Assembly (NCBI GenBank): GCA_016788565.1
Contig: JAEUSP010000063.1
Location: 71,919-135,918 of the forward strand
From: Chlorobiota bacterium
GTDB lineage: Bacteria; Bacteroidota; Ignavibacteria; OLB7
Direction: 5' to 3'
Length of the DNA stretch: 64,000 nt
Shown here piece after piece: positions 37,598 through 49,125 of the stretch (position 1 is the stretch's first letter; each line of letters begins with the position of its first letter). The notes beneath the pieces were generated by a model. That model searched no databases. It saw nothing but the letters and a program-made list of their open reading frames with translations, and was not told the DNA's origin. The position numbers and the translations under genes are program-made.

Positions 37598-39448
37598 ATG
37601 AACAAACAACTTGCTTTTAACCCTCGGCTTCGGAACATCGCCATTATCGCTCACGTGGATCATGGCAAAACCACTCTGGTGGATCACCTGTTCCGGCAAA
37701 GCGGGGTGTTCCGTACCGGCCAAAGCGTGGAAAATCGCGTGATGGACAGCATGGACCTTGAACGTGAACGTGGCATTACTATCGCCGCTAAAAATTGCTC
37801 GGTCCATTGGGAGGATGTGAAAATCAACATCCTTGACACCCCCGGCCACGCCGATTTTGGCGGCGAAGTGGAGCGTGCGCTGATGATGGTGGATGGCGCA
37901 ATCCTGCTGGTGGATGCCAGCGAAGGCCCGCTTCCACAAACCCGATTTGTGCTGAAAAAAGCCCTTGAAGGGAAGAAGAAAATCATTGTTGTGGTGAACA
38001 AAATTGATCGCCAAGATGCTCGCCCGCAAGAAGTGCTGAACGAGGTTTATGACCTGTTCATTGACCTTGATGCCACCGATGAACAAATTGATTTCCCCGT
38101 GCTGTACGCCATTGGACGCGACGGCATTGCACAGACGGAGCTGGAGGGAAGCGGCGATTCCTTGAAGCCATTATTCGAGGCCATCGTCCGCGAAATCCCG
38201 GCCCCGATGTACGACCCCGACGAACCCTTCCAGCTTCTGGTAAGCGACCTTAGCTACAGCGATTATGTTGGCCGCTTGGCAATCGGCAAAGTGATTAACG
38301 GCTCGGTGAAATCCAACGAGGAATTGGTCTGCATTGGCGAGGAAGGAACCACCGCCCTGCGGGTTTCCAAGCTGCAAGCCTACGACGGCATTACCATGGC
38401 CGATGCTTCCTTTGTGGAAGCTGGCGACATCGCCATTCTTGCGGGAATTGAGGATGTTCACATTGGCGACACCATCTGCGCCAAATCTGCGCCGAAGGCC
38501 CTGAAACGGATCACCGTGGACGAGCCAACCATCTCCATGATGTTCTCCATCAACACCTCCCCATTTTCTGGCCGCGAGGGGAAGCATGTGCAAAGCGGAA
38601 AAATCCGGGATCGCCTTCAGCGCGAGACGTTGCGGAACGTTGGCATCCAGTTTGAGCAAGCCAGCGACCGCGACAGCTTTATGGTGAAAGGGCGCGGCGA
38701 ATTCCAGATGGCAATCCTGATTGAGACCATGCGCCGCGAGGGCTACGAACTGAGCGTTGGCCGCCCGCAAGTGATCTACCGCCGGAAAGAGGGGAAACTG
38801 ATTGAGCCAATCGAGCACCTGTTCATTGATTGCGATGAAGCCTTCATCGGCGTTGTCAGCGAAAAACTTTCGCGACGGAAAGGGCGGATGATTAACCTGG
38901 TGAACCACGGCACCGGGCGCGTCCGGATGGAGTTTTCCATTCCCTCACGTGGGCTGATTGGATACCGCAATGAGTTCCTGACCGACACCAAAGGGACCGG
39001 AATTATGAACAGCTACTTGCAAGGATATGAGGAGCATCGGGGTGAGTTCGCAACCCGGCTTACGGGGTCGTTGGTAAGCGACCGCCAGGGTGAGGCCACC
39101 GGCTACGCGCTGTTCAATCTGGAACCACGCGGCGTGCTGTTTGCTGTCCCCGGCGAACCGGTGTATGAAGGGATGGTTGTTGGCGAACACAATAGGGATA
39201 ACGACCTGAACGTTAATGTGGTCAAAGCCAAAAAACTGACGAACATGCGTGCCAGCGGGAAGGATGACGGCATCCTTCTGACCCCCGTCACGCCGATGAC
39301 GCTGGAACGCGCCATTGAGTTCATCAAGGATGATGAGTGGGTGGAAGTCACCCCAAAAAGCATCAGGCTGCGCAAGGCAATCCTTTCGGCAACGGCGCGT
39401 GGATCCTACAAACCAGGCAAAGGGGTCGAAGTTGATGATGATGAGTGA
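37598..39448 (+). CDS. typA: Translational GTPase TypA/BipA
   Basis: [17 protein letters not shown] (G1) and DTPGHADF (G3) motifs with EF-G-like domains. 616 aa. Confidence 0.9.
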   Translation: MNKQLAFNPRLRNIAIIAHVDHGKTTLVDHLFRQSGVFRTGQSVENRVMDSMDLERERGITIAAKNCSVHWEDVKINILDTPGHADFGGEVERALMMVDGAILLVDASEGPLPQTRFVLKKALEGKKKIIVVVNKIDRQDARPQEVLNEVYDLFIDLDATDEQIDFPVLYAIGRDGIAQTELEGSGDSLKPLFEAIVREIPAPMYDPDEPFQLLVSDLSYSDYVGRLAIGKVINGSVKSNEELVCIGEEGTTALRVSKLQAYDGITMADASFVEAGDIAILAGIEDVHIGDTICAKSAPKALKRITVDEPTISMMFSINTSPFSGREGKHVQSGKIRDRLQRETLRNVGIQFEQASDRDSFMVKGRGEFQMAILIETMRREGYELSVGRPQVIYRRKEGKLIEPIEHLFIDCDEAFIGVVSEKLSRRKGRMINLVNHGTGRVRMEFSIPSRGLIGYRNEFLTDTKGTGIMNSYLQGYEEHRGEFATRLTGSLVSDRQGEATGYALFNLEPRGVLFAVPGEPVYEGMVVGEHNRDNDLNVNVVKAKKLTNMRASGKDDGILLTPVTPMTLERAIEFIKDDEWVEVTPKSIRLRKAILSATARGSYKPGKGVEVDDDE

Positions 39449-39465
39449 GTAACCAAAAAAATCTG

Positions 39466-39500
39466 CGGTGGGGGGAGTGAACGGTCATTCCCCCACCGCA
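39466..39500. terminator. GC-rich hairpin between typA and the downstream gene (possible terminator or attenuator)
   Basis: aaaaaaa-tctgcggtgggggg-N15-cccccaccgca. A 10-bp stem preceded by an A-tract, but no T-tract on the + strand. The function is uncertain. Confidence 0.35.
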
Positions 39501-39511
39501 ATACATCAGCA

Positions 39512-42004
39512 GTGAACATGGCAAAAAAAACGACCACTGTTTCAGCTATTGTTTCCGATACCGCCTCGGTTCCCCCAGTCTCTTCTGGGGATTGCGACAC
39601 CACCACCACCACCACCACATTCCAATTCCCGTTCAACACGGTTCTCAGCTTCGCACCGCTGATTGAGTACGCCAACCAGAATTTCGGCGGGGAACGCTCC
39701 AGCCTTCGCTCGCTGGTTGCTGAACTGAACCAGCGGTTATCGGCATCGCCGCAGCTGCAAGAACCGATCGAGGACCTTTCACTGCTTGACCAGCACCGCG
39801 AAAGCGTGGATTGGCTGATGTCCATGGTCTTCCCGCCAGCGTTGTGGGATCAAGATTATTCCATGGCGATTGCCCCCTTCAAACTTGCCCCGTTTTACTC
39901 CACCCCAGCGTTTCGGCGGACATTTCTTCAGGGGGGGAACGGTGAAAAATTAGCTCAGGAATTTGCCAACGAAGCCAAGATTCGCTACCGTGCGATTGCT
40001 GCGTATGTGAAAATTGCCCGGCAGTTTTTCAACTTCACGATTGACTTTCCTGGCCTATCGCTAAAGGCTTCTGCATCCGATCCAGAAAGTGGCACAAGTC
40101 GGTACTACCGGTTTACGTTCGATATGCGGTTCATCCGCTTTGTTCCAACCGGACCGCTTCCGGAACTCACCGACCAGCAACGCCAGCAAATCCTCTACAA
40201 TCTTACCGATCTGGAGACTTGGCAGTCCATTATTCCCCCCGACCTGTTCCGGATTGAAGGCTTTGTGCTGATTAACGCCACCGATATCAGCGACAATGAG
40301 TTTGTTGGCGTGCTGGAACGTGAGCTTGTCGAAAGTAGCAGCAGCATCCTGGCGATGGAAGGTTTCCAACGGCTTCAGCAGATTATCCGGGCGTATCTGC
40401 GGCAGAAAGATTTGGTGCTGGGATTGGTGGCAATTGATGGCGATACCATCATGGTGCTGAACTACGGCGCACAGTTGCCAAATGGCCAACCCAAAACTTG
40501 CTTGCTCAATCAATCCTATCACTTCCTCCGCAGCCAGCTTGCCGGATCCACCATCGAGCAGGCGTTGCTGAACGGCAAACCGCAAGTGATTGAAGATGTG
40601 CTTCAGCTTCCCACACCACGCGCAGCCGGCGATGAAGCGCTGATCGGAAAGGGATTCCGCAGCGCGTACTTTGCGCCGCTGAACTACAACGGCGCGTTGA
40701 TTGGCGCTCTGAACATTTACTCACCCAACGCAGGCGACCTGACCGAACTGAACACCCTGAAACTGACCAACCTTCTCCCGCTATTTTCGATGGTGGTTCG
40801 CCGCAGTTTGGCGGATATGGAGAACCAGGTGCAAGCGGTGATTCGCCAGCAGTACACGGCGGTGCATCCGTCGGTGGAGTGGAAGTTCCGCGAAGCCGCA
40901 AAAGGGTTTCTCACCCGCCAGGGAATGGTTGCCGAAAACCAGATTGAGCCGATTGTTTTCCACGATGTTTACCCACTGTTCAGCGTCAGCGATATTCGCG
41001 GGTCATCGGATCACCGCAACCAAGCCATTCAGCAAGATTTAATCGAGCAACTCAGCCTAGCTTGGGGGGTGTTGGATTCCGCACGCGCCGCGCGCCAGCT
41101 TCCAATTCTGGATCACCTTCTGTTCCGGGTTCACGATAAAATTGCCCACATCGAATCAGGGTTGCATTCCGGTGATGAAGCCGGGGTGTTGGATTTTTTG
41201 CGCCACGAAGTTGAGTCGTTGTTTAGCCACATCGGCGATTTTGGCCCAGCCGTTGCCCAGCGGATTGATGACTACAACGCAACGCTGGACCCTGAAATCA
41301 AAGCGGTCTATCAGAAGCGAAAAGAGTTTGAGGAGAGCGTCACGGCAATCAATCGGGTGATTGCTGCATTTGTGGAATCGGAGGAGGAGCGGGCGCAGGG
41401 GATGTTCCCCCACTACTTTGAAAAACACCAAACCGACGGCGTTGATTTTGGCGTGTATGTTGGCCAATCGTTGGTGAACGACCGCCAGTTCAGCGACCTG
41501 TACCTTCGCAATTTGCGGCTGTGGCAACTGCTGGTGATGTGCGGCGCGGCGCGCTTGGCCAACGAAGTAAAATCCACCCTCACCGTCCCGTTGGACACCA
41601 CGCATCTTGTGCTGGTGCAAACCACACCGCTCTCGATCAGCTATCGTTTGGATGAAAAGCAGTTTGATGTTGATGGAGCCTACAACATCCGCTACGCAAT
41701 TATGAAAAAGCGGATTGACAAAGCGGAAATTAAGGGAACGGGGGAGCGGCTAACCCAGCCCGGGAAATTGGCCATCGTCTATTCCCAACCGCGCGAGGCG
41801 CAGGAGTACCGGCAGTATCTGGAATACCTGGTTGCCAGCCGGATGATTGAGCCAGAGATTGAAGACCTTGACCTTGACGACCTGCAAGGCGTTCACGGCC
41901 TGAAGGCGTTACGGGTGAACGTGGTGCTGCAACGTGCCGCCGGTGATGTTGAAGTTCCAGAAGCCATCGAGCGTGCGATTCGGGAGTTTTCGGAAGGGGG
42001 GTGA
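39512..42004 (+). CDS. Large cytoplasmic GAF-domain-containing protein of unknown function
   Basis: A GAF-like segment (..LVLGLVAIDGDTIMVLNYG ... EALIGKGFRSAYFAPLNYNGALIGALNIYSPNAGDL). No kinase, HD or GGDEF motif recognised. The last 12 codons lie in a 62-bp sequence that is duplicated at 44543. Confidence 0.45.
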   Translation: MNMAKKTTTVSAIVSDTASVPPVSSGDCDTTTTTTTFQFPFNTVLSFAPLIEYANQNFGGERSSLRSLVAELNQRLSASPQLQEPIEDLSLLDQHRESVDWLMSMVFPPALWDQDYSMAIAPFKLAPFYSTPAFRRTFLQGGNGEKLAQEFANEAKIRYRAIAAYVKIARQFFNFTIDFPGLSLKASASDPESGTSRYYRFTFDMRFIRFVPTGPLPELTDQQRQQILYNLTDLETWQSIIPPDLFRIEGFVLINATDISDNEFVGVLERELVESSSSILAMEGFQRLQQIIRAYLRQKDLVLGLVAIDGDTIMVLNYGAQLPNGQPKTCLLNQSYHFLRSQLAGSTIEQALLNGKPQVIEDVLQLPTPRAAGDEALIGKGFRSAYFAPLNYNGALIGALNIYSPNAGDLTELNTLKLTNLLPLFSMVVRRSLADMENQVQAVIRQQYTAVHPSVEWKFREAAKGFLTRQGMVAENQIEPIVFHDVYPLFSVSDIRGSSDHRNQAIQQDLIEQLSLAWGVLDSARAARQLPILDHLLFRVHDKIAHIESGLHSGDEAGVLDFLRHEVESLFSHIGDFGPAVAQRIDDYNATLDPEIKAVYQKRKEFEESVTAINRVIAAFVESEEERAQGMFPHYFEKHQTDGVDFGVYVGQSLVNDRQFSDLYLRNLRLWQLLVMCGAARLANEVKSTLTVPLDTTHLVLVQTTPLSISYRLDEKQFDVDGAYNIRYAIMKKRIDKAEIKGTGERLTQPGKLAIVYSQPREAQEYRQYLEYLVASRMIEPEIEDLDLDDLQGVHGLKALRVNVVLQRAAGDVEVPEAIERAIREFSEGG

Positions 42005-42030
42005 GGTGCGGAAAAGTGAGTGAGTGCCGT
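41969..42030. repeat. Left copy of a roughly 62-bp direct repeat bracketing the RM cassette
   Basis: gagcgtgcgattcgggagttttcggaagggggtgaggtgcggaaaagtgagtgagtgccgt compared with 44543..44606 (one SNP and one 4-nt indel). Confidence 0.85.
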
Positions 42031-42106
42031 CTGCCACTTGTTGTTTCGGCAGACAACTGACGGACGCGGAAGAAATTAGGTTAGGATTACAACCGGAGAG
42101 AACGGA

Positions 42107-43591
42107 TTGCAGCCAGACATTGAACAGACCCGGTTGCGGGTATCCAGAGAGACAAACGCCACGAAGAAGGCACAATTCGGCCAATTCCTTACGCCACAAC
42201 GGATTGCGGCTTTTATGGCAAGCCTGTTCCCGCCCGCCGGGGGAATCTGCCGTTTGTTGGATGCGGGGGCTGGCATTGGTTCGCTTTCTGCAGCGTTTCT
42301 GGAGCGGTGGCGTGCTGGCAATTTTCAATTTCAGCGCGTCGAGCTTGACGCATTCGAGGTAGATGATTCCTTGCACGCTGAGTTATCGCGAACATTCTTG
42401 CAGTATCGAAGCGAATCATTCAGCCTGCATCTTCATGGTGATGACTTCATCCACGCCGCAGTGAGCGCGCTTTCCGGCGGACTTTTTTCAAAGGCACTGC
42501 AGGGGTACAGCCACGCCATACTCAATCCGCCGTACAAAAAAATCAATAGCACGTCGGCGCACCGTTTGGTACTGCGTGAGATTGGGATTGAGGCGGTCAA
42601 TCTTTACTCAGCTTTTGTTGCGTTATCGCTGGCACTTGTTATTCCGGGCGGGCATATCGTTGCAATCATTCCACGCAGTTTCTGCAACGGGCCATACTAC
42701 CGTCCATTCCGTGATTCCATTCTTCGCCAATCGGCTATCCGTCACCTCCATTTGTTCAACTCGCGCAGCAAGGCGTTCAAGGATGATGATGTTTTGCAGG
42801 AGAATATCATCATTCTGTTGGAACGTGGTGGCCGCCAGGAATCGGTGACTGTTTCAACTTCGACCGATGATACTTTCGCTGATCTGACCCAGCACAACTA
42901 TCCGTTCAGCCGGATTGTCTCCCCCGATGATTCAGAGCGATTCATTCATGTCCCCACCTCACCTGCACCAACTTCCCTTGAGTTATTGCCGGCGATTCGG
43001 CACACCCTTGCTGATGTTGGCATCAGCGTATCAACCGGGCCCGTGGTTGATTTCCGAGTAAAGGATCACCTGCGCGATATGCCAGGATCAAGCACTGTGC
43101 CGATGCTGTACCCCTGCCACTTCATTGGGCAAAGTATCCGATGGCCGATTGAGGGAATGAAGAAGCCCAACGCAATCGAGCGCAACTCTGCTACTGAAAA
43201 ACTGCTCTATCCAATCGGGTTTTATTGCTTGGTGCGGCGTTTCTCTGCCAAAGAAGAATCACGCCGCATCGTTGCAAGCGTTGTTGAGCCAGCCACGTTT
43301 GGCCAGGCATCCATGCTCGGCTTGGAGAATCACGTGAACGTCTTCCATGAGGATAAACAGGGGTTGCCGGAGCCATTGGCTCGCGGGTTGGCTCTGTTCC
43401 TGAACACAACCGCTGTTGACCAGCAGTTTCGGCAGTTCAATGGCCATACCCAAGTCAATGCCGCCGATCTGAAGTTGATGAAATATCCAAGCCGCAACGC
43501 CCTGATCCAACTTGGCTTGTGGGCAATGCAGCAAAAGGAAGCACCCACGCAAGCCCAGATTGATTCCACGTTAGAAACCCTGGCCGAATGA
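42107..43591 (+). CDS. Gamma-class N6-adenine DNA methyltransferase (Eco57I/M.BsuBI-M.PstI-like) of a type II RM system
   Basis: Motif I LLDAGAGIGSLS and motif IV NPPYKK, in gamma-class order. Length 494 aa is similar to M.BsuBI/M.PstI. A 4-bp ATGA overlap joins it to the downstream endonuclease gene. Confidence 0.75.
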   Translation: MQPDIEQTRLRVSRETNATKKAQFGQFLTPQRIAAFMASLFPPAGGICRLLDAGAGIGSLSAAFLERWRAGNFQFQRVELDAFEVDDSLHAELSRTFLQYRSESFSLHLHGDDFIHAAVSALSGGLFSKALQGYSHAILNPPYKKINSTSAHRLVLREIGIEAVNLYSAFVALSLALVIPGGHIVAIIPRSFCNGPYYRPFRDSILRQSAIRHLHLFNSRSKAFKDDDVLQENIIILLERGGRQESVTVSTSTDDTFADLTQHNYPFSRIVSPDDSERFIHVPTSPAPTSLELLPAIRHTLADVGISVSTGPVVDFRVKDHLRDMPGSSTVPMLYPCHFIGQSIRWPIEGMKKPNAIERNSATEKLLYPIGFYCLVRRFSAKEESRRIVASVVEPATFGQASMLGLENHVNVFHEDKQGLPEPLARGLALFLNTTAVDQQFRQFNGHTQVNAADLKLMKYPSRNALIQLGLWAMQQKEAPTQAQIDSTLETLAE

Positions 43592-44544
43592 GTACCAACA
43601 CAAAGCGCGATCCTCTGAAGGAAGCTGAGCACATCCTTGCTTTGTTAGGGCTGCCTGTGGTGCAGCAGAACGAACGCTCCGCGCTTTGCCTGCTCTCTCT
43701 GTTGGACCTTCGTCCGGGTAAGGCTTGGAACAAGGCAAGGAACCCACTACTGGGGATCACCCCGATGATGGACTGGATGCGCAAGCACTACAACAAGGAT
43801 TACGCGCCAAACACCCGCGAAACAGTGCGTCGCCAGACCATGCACCAGTTTGTGGCTGCTGGGATTGCCCTGTACAATCCCGACAATCCTGACCGTCCGG
43901 TGAACAGCCCAAAAGCTGCTTACCAGATAGAGCCTGCCACACTTGCTTTGCTACGCAGTTTTGGCACCAAGCAATGGCACAGTAATCTGGTAAATTACTT
44001 GGCGATGCGCCAGACGCTGGTTGCCCGTTACGCCAAAGAACGCCAGCAAAGCCGCGTGCCGGTCAAAATTGCACCGGGTAAACAGATTACCCTAAGCCCC
44101 GGTAAACATAGCGAGCTGATTCGGGCAATCATCGAAGACTTCGCCCCACGTTTTGCGCCGGATAGTCTGCTGGTGTATGCCGGTGATACTGGCGACAAAT
44201 GGGGGTACTTCGATGCGGAGCTATTCCAAGAGTTGGGACTTACGGTTGATCCCCACGGCAAAATGCCCGATGTGGTGTTGTATTACGCACACAAAAACTG
44301 GTTGCTACTGGTGGAGTCCGTCACCAGCCACGGGGCAGTTGATGGGAAACGCCATGCAGAGCTTACCAAACTGTTTGCTGGATCACGGGTTGGTTTGGTG
44401 TATGTCACTGCTTTCCCAAACCGAGCTACTCTCAGCCGCTACTTGGGCGAAATTGCATGGGAAACTGAGGTGTGGATTGCTGATGCGCCTTCTCACCTGA
44501 TTCATTTTAATGGATCGCGCTTCTTGGGGCCATATCCTGCATGA
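43588..44544 (+). CDS. Type II restriction endonuclease, BsuBI/PstI family (probable)
   Basis: 318 aa, translationally coupled to the methyltransferase in the same M-then-R order as BsuBI. The family assignment is from overall length and organisation plus remembered similarity, not a search. Confidence 0.55.
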   Translation: MSTNTKRDPLKEAEHILALLGLPVVQQNERSALCLLSLLDLRPGKAWNKARNPLLGITPMMDWMRKHYNKDYAPNTRETVRRQTMHQFVAAGIALYNPDNPDRPVNSPKAAYQIEPATLALLRSFGTKQWHSNLVNYLAMRQTLVARYAKERQQSRVPVKIAPGKQITLSPGKHSELIRAIIEDFAPRFAPDSLLVYAGDTGDKWGYFDAELFQELGLTVDPHGKMPDVVLYYAHKNWLLLVESVTSHGAVDGKRHAELTKLFAGSRVGLVYVTAFPNRATLSRYLGEIAWETEVWIADAPSHLIHFNGSRFLGPYPA

Positions 44545-44606
44545 GCGTGCGATTCGGGAATTTTCGGAAGGGGGATGAGAGGTGCGGAAAAGTGAGTGAG
44601 TGCCGT
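44543..44606. repeat. Right copy of the direct repeat bracketing the RM cassette
   Basis: See 41969..42030. The endonuclease stop codon (44542-44544) sits at the repeat boundary. Confidence 0.85.
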
Positions 44607-44618
44607 TCCCAGATATGT

Positions 44619-44734
44619 TATACTCCAAACAGAGTGGTTTGCGAAAAACTCAATCACTGTCATTCCCGCGAAAGCGGGAATCCATAGCGCACCTGGCTGA
44701 GTAGATTTTCGCAAGTCAATTTGCGCCGAGTATA
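44619..44734. mobile_element. MITE-like repeat, copy 2 (116 bp), immediately after the RM cassette
   Basis: About 95% identical to 202..317, with the same TIRs and GAAA hairpin. Confidence 0.7.
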
Positions 44735-44823
44735 ATCAACAGACAGCCTTCTGCAATTCGTTGAAAAATTGCAGAAGGCTGTGCTCTCTCTCCCTACTCA
44801 CTCTTCCCGTGATTTTTCTCTGT

Positions 44824-46593
44824 CTATTCCCCGTCCTCGGCCAACTCACCGTACCACAGCTGCTGCATCTCATCGCTGCCGGCCAGCAGTTCATCCAGCG
44901 TCCCTTCCGATGCAATGCGGCCATCTTTCAGCAGGATGATGTGGTCGGCACGTTGCAGCGCGGCGCGGCGGTGCGATGCCACAAGGCAGGTTGCCTCTCG
45001 CTGCTGGAAAATCTGCTCCCACAACGTCCGCTCGGTTTCCACATCCAGCGCGCTGGAAAGGTCGTCGAAGACGTACAACTCCGGTTGCAACGCAAACATT
45101 CTTGCGGCTGCGGTTCGCTGCATCTGCCCGCCAGATAGCTTCACCCCGCGTGGACCAACGGTGGTTTGCAGGCCCTGCTCCAGCAACCGCAAGTCGTGCT
45201 CCATCACTGCAAGGTGGATTGCCTCGGCCACTTGGTCGGCAGGCATTGGTTGCCCCAGTGTGATGTTGTCCAGCAACGTATCGCTGAACAATCGCGGGGT
45301 CTGCGGTGTGTATGCCGTCCGTGGCGGCGACATGAAAATGGCTGGGTCCTGCACCGGTTTTCCGTTCCAGTATATCTCCCCGTTGTCGCGCGGGAGCAAC
45401 CCCAGCAGGACTTTCAGCAACGTGGTTTTCCCCGCACCAATCCGCCCGGTGATAACCGTGAAGGAACCACGCCGCACCCGCAAGGAAATATCCTCAATCC
45501 CACGCCCAGTATCTGGATGCTGGTAAGATAGGCCCACCCCTTCCAGCGTGTAGAGCTTGTGCCGTGTGCCACGGGTGATGGGGGTAACGTCCGGCAGCGT
45601 ATCGTGCAGATAGACCGGCGCGTGTTCCATCAACTTCTCTACGGGCGCGTTCTGCATCAGCTCGTTCATCCGCTCCACCGAAACCCCAGCGCGGCGATAT
45701 TCGGAGATCATGTTCCCCACAAACCTCATGCTTCCGCTGATGCGCCCCAGGTAGATCACGAACAACGCAAAATCCCCCACGGTGAACGCTCCCGTCCGCA
45801 TTGTTTGGCTGGCCAGCAGCAGAACAATCCCAATCCCGATGTTCGCCATGTTCTCATTGACGCTGTTGATTAACTCACGCGAGAGGGTGTCCTTCAGTGC
45901 CGCGCCGCGCCGGACCTCGTTCAGTTTTGCGAAGTGATTCATCATCTGCTCTTCTGCCGCCGCCACCTTCACGGTTCCAACGGCGTTGAACGTCTCGCCG
46001 ATGAACGAAGTCACCCTTCCGGTTGCTTGGCGGTGTGCGCGGCGGTATTTGCGGGTGCGCCCACCCATGCGGTAGCTGAAGTAGCTGATCACCGCCAGCG
46101 GGGCCAACGCAACCAGCGTCATCTGGGTGTTGATCGTGGCCATGATGATGATGCTGATGACCAGCGACACAATGAACCCGGTGGCATCGGTTCCCGATTC
46201 CACAAAGCCCATCACATCCTCAACGTCGTCGCGGAAACGGTTGACGGCTTCGCTGGGTGAGTCCTTCAGCCGGCGCGCGCCGGGGCCTTGCACCAACCAC
46301 TCCAACATATTCCGGCGCATCAACGCCTCGATGGTGTACAGAAAGGTGGACCAAGCGTGGATGCCAAGCCGCATCACCCCAAGCCGCGCCCCGGTTGCCA
46401 CCACCAGCAAGGCAAGCAGTGTCCATAAACCAAGCTCGGCTGGGCGTTGCCCGCTTAACGTGTCGAAAATTGCTTTGGTGATAAGCCCAAAGAAAATCGG
46501 GGCACTGTGAAAAAGCCCCCAGCACAGGCAGTTCAGCGCGAACAGCCAGGGGCGGTAGCGGATGAACCCAATGATGTATGTTCCAGTTGTCAT
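44824..46593 (-). CDS. ABC exporter permease/ATPase subunit (type I exporter, canonical site)
   Basis: Six N-terminal TM helices. Walker [10 protein letters not shown], signature LSGGQMQR, Walker [13 protein letters not shown]. Confidence 0.85.
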   Translation of the reverse strand: MTTGTYIIGFIRYRPWLFALNCLCWGLFHSAPIFFGLITKAIFDTLSGQRPAELGLWTLLALLVVATGARLGVMRLGIHAWSTFLYTIEALMRRNMLEWLVQGPGARRLKDSPSEAVNRFRDDVEDVMGFVESGTDATGFIVSLVISIIIMATINTQMTLVALAPLAVISYFSYRMGGRTRKYRRAHRQATGRVTSFIGETFNAVGTVKVAAAEEQMMNHFAKLNEVRRGAALKDTLSRELINSVNENMANIGIGIVLLLASQTMRTGAFTVGDFALFVIYLGRISGSMRFVGNMISEYRRAGVSVERMNELMQNAPVEKLMEHAPVYLHDTLPDVTPITRGTRHKLYTLEGVGLSYQHPDTGRGIEDISLRVRRGSFTVITGRIGAGKTTLLKVLLGLLPRDNGEIYWNGKPVQDPAIFMSPPRTAYTPQTPRLFSDTLLDNITLGQPMPADQVAEAIHLAVMEHDLRLLEQGLQTTVGPRGVKLSGGQMQRTAAARMFALQPELYVFDDLSSALDVETERTLWEQIFQQREATCLVASHRRAALQRADHIILLKDGRIASEGTLDELLAGSDEMQQLWYGELAEDGE

Positions 46594-48335
46594 GCTAACT
46601 CCTTTTCTAATCCGGTTTGCAGCAGTGCGTAGTAGCGCGATGTCGTATCTGTTTCCAGCAAGGCGCGCTGGCCATGCTCGCGCAGTCGTCCATCTTCAAG
46701 AATCATAATCTCGTCGGCGCGTGCCACCGTCGAAAGGCGGTGCGCGATGATGATCGCCGTGCGGTTCTCCGTCAGCCGCGCCATTGCTCCTTCCAGAAGC
46801 TGCTCGGTGGCGCGGTCTAATTTGGATGAAGGCTCATCCAGAATCACCAAGCCGGGATCGCGAAGGAACAGCCGCGCAAAACTGAGCAACTGCGCTTCCC
46901 CCGCCGAAAGCCCTCCGCCGCCAGCCGCCAGCACCGTATCCAGTCCCTCGGCAAAACGGCTGAACCAGTCGTGCAGCCCCAGCAGATCCACCACTTCCCA
47001 GATTTTGCTATCGGGGATGGAGTCGTCGAACCAGGTCAGGTTTTGGCGGAGCGTGGCGTGGAAGAGTTGCACATCCTGCGTCACCATTCCAATGCCGCGG
47101 CGAAGGCTGCTGAATCGGATGTCGCGAAGGTCGTTCCCATCAATCAGCACCGCCCCTGATGTTGGATCGTACAGCCGGAAGAGCAATCGTGTCATGGTGG
47201 ATTTTCCGCTTCCGGTTCGCCCCAGCAGCCCAACAACGGTGCCTGGTTTCAGCGTGAAGGCGACTTCCTTCAGCACTGGCCGCTGGCCGTAGGCAAAGGT
47301 GACGTTGTGGAATCGAACCTCCATTGCGCCGTTGTGATGAAGCGGCAGGTGGCCATCCTTCATGCTGGTGGTTTCCCGCATCATCTGCTCCACACGGCCA
47401 ACCGCCGCGCCGGCTTTCTGCAGGTCCTGCATCTGGTGGGTGATATTCTCAATCGGCGTGCGGAGCAGATCGGTGTACTGAAAGATCAGATAGACCGTGC
47501 CGATAAGGATTGTTCCCCCCTGGAACAACCAGATGCCCAAGCCCAGCGCGATGGTGTCGCCAATGGCAAACAAGCCCATCACCGCCACCCACATGATGGA
47601 GCGTTTCAGCCAGGCGTTTTTTCCGGTTTTGGCAACTTCCCCCATCACCCGGTGGAACCGGCGCATGGTGTAGCTTCCGCCGCCGTTTGCGCGGATGTCG
47701 TCAATGCCGGCAAGCCGTTCTTCAAGGAATCCGTACAGGTCGGCGCTGGCCTGGCGTTCTTGGGCAGATGCTTGCACAGCGTAATCACGAAGGCTGTTCA
47801 GAATGAGCGCGGCGCAGATGGTGAACGCGGTCAGTGCCACGCCAACAATCGTGTCCTCGCGGAAGAGCATCACCAGCGCGCCAACCAGAAGCAGCGCGCT
47901 TCCCAGGACTTTCACCACGAATTGGGAGAAGAAGTTGGAAAGGGCGGTGATGTCGCCATCAATCCGCTCGATCATTTCGCCTGGGGTGCGTTCGTTGTGG
48001 TAGCCCATGTCAAGCCGCAGGGCGTGTTCGGCCATATCTTGGCGAAGCATGTTGGTTGCGCGCCAGCCAACATCGGCCCCCACGTAGGTGGCCAGCGTGG
48101 AAAGGACTTGCGTGCCAAGCGCGGCAGCAAGAAACAGCAGGGCGGTGAAGACCAATTCGGTTCCATCCCCCGCTCCGGTTTGAACGGTGTTGATAAAGTG
48201 CCGCAGAATTTGCGGGTTTAGTAGCTGCAAGCCAATTCCGGAAAGAAGCAGTGCAAAAAGGAGCGCAGCTTTTTTCCGTTGTGGGCGCAGATATTTCAGA
48301 AAAATGTCAGCGTATCGCCGTAAGGATATCTTCAT
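46590..48335 (-). CDS. ABC exporter permease/ATPase subunit, heterodimer partner with a degenerate signature motif
   Basis: Walker [10 protein letters not shown], a degenerate signature LSAGEAQ, Walker [14 protein letters not shown] 4-bp overlap with the downstream partner. The start is taken at MKISLRRY (48335); the ORF track extends to 48635 without a plausible N-terminus. Confidence 0.8.
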   Translation of the reverse strand: MKISLRRYADIFLKYLRPQRKKAALLFALLLSGIGLQLLNPQILRHFINTVQTGAGDGTELVFTALLFLAAALGTQVLSTLATYVGADVGWRATNMLRQDMAEHALRLDMGYHNERTPGEMIERIDGDITALSNFFSQFVVKVLGSALLLVGALVMLFREDTIVGVALTAFTICAALILNSLRDYAVQASAQERQASADLYGFLEERLAGIDDIRANGGGSYTMRRFHRVMGEVAKTGKNAWLKRSIMWVAVMGLFAIGDTIALGLGIWLFQGGTILIGTVYLIFQYTDLLRTPIENITHQMQDLQKAGAAVGRVEQMMRETTSMKDGHLPLHHNGAMEVRFHNVTFAYGQRPVLKEVAFTLKPGTVVGLLGRTGSGKSTMTRLLFRLYDPTSGAVLIDGNDLRDIRFSSLRRGIGMVTQDVQLFHATLRQNLTWFDDSIPDSKIWEVVDLLGLHDWFSRFAEGLDTVLAAGGGGLSAGEAQLLSFARLFLRDPGLVILDEPSSKLDRATEQLLEGAMARLTENRTAIIIAHRLSTVARADEIMILEDGRLREHGQRALLETDTTSRYYALLQTGLEKELA

Positions 48336-49084
48336 AGAAGCGTCTCTCTTTTCTCCAGATGTTGGTGTGAAAAAAAACAGCGGAGTCGTGCACAGCAATG
48401 GCACAGCCCGTGCCGAAGCGTCACGATGTTCAATCCGGGCAACGTGTGTGTGATGCCGGTTGCGATGGTAGTGGAGTTCCGTCAGTCGGTCGAAGAGAGC
48501 GGCGTTTGTTGGCGGCGAATGCTCAAGCAGAAGAAGGTATGCCAGAAGGCAAGGCCCGCAGCGAAGGGTTGGTGTTCTGCGGCAGGTGTACTGTTGGTAC
48601 AGTTGGGTTGAAGCTGCGGAATGCAGCGGATACAACGCCGTTGTGGCCTGCGAAGAACAGCCCCCCGAACGTTGTAGCCAAAAGAAAAACTGAGTCTTCC
48701 GTTGAACCTACGCCCAGAGCGCCATGACCGAGTTGTGTGGTCGCGAAGCGAATGCAGTGGTAAGAATGTTGGTAAATAACATTGTCGAAGTCCTCCTGTG
48801 AATTTGAACGCGTTCAACGTTCGTGAACAGCCCCGGCTCATGGCGCACTCGCACCCGCCCCGGCAGCGTGATGCACCCCAAACACAAAAATCAGGCCAAA
48901 GTTTCCGGGGGAATAATCAGGTAGTAAGATGCGGAACATCACTTTCCGCTCATGCTACGTGCTGGATGTGTCGAAGCATAAGCAGATGCCACCACGAACG
49001 GCAACGCCTTGCAAGCCAATCCCGCAAGTGGCAGCGTGTCCGATGCTTTCCAAGAAGCGCGCAAGATCGCTTCATCGAAAACCC

Positions 49085-49125
49085 CTCGCGATGACGAGGG
49101 CGCGGTTGCTTCTTATTTTTCCCCT
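49085..49125 (-). terminator. Putative rho-independent terminator downstream of the yjbQ-like gene
   Basis: The minus strand reads ccgcgccctcgtcatcgcgaggggttttcg: a 6-7 bp GC stem, then GTTTTC. Confidence 0.35.
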
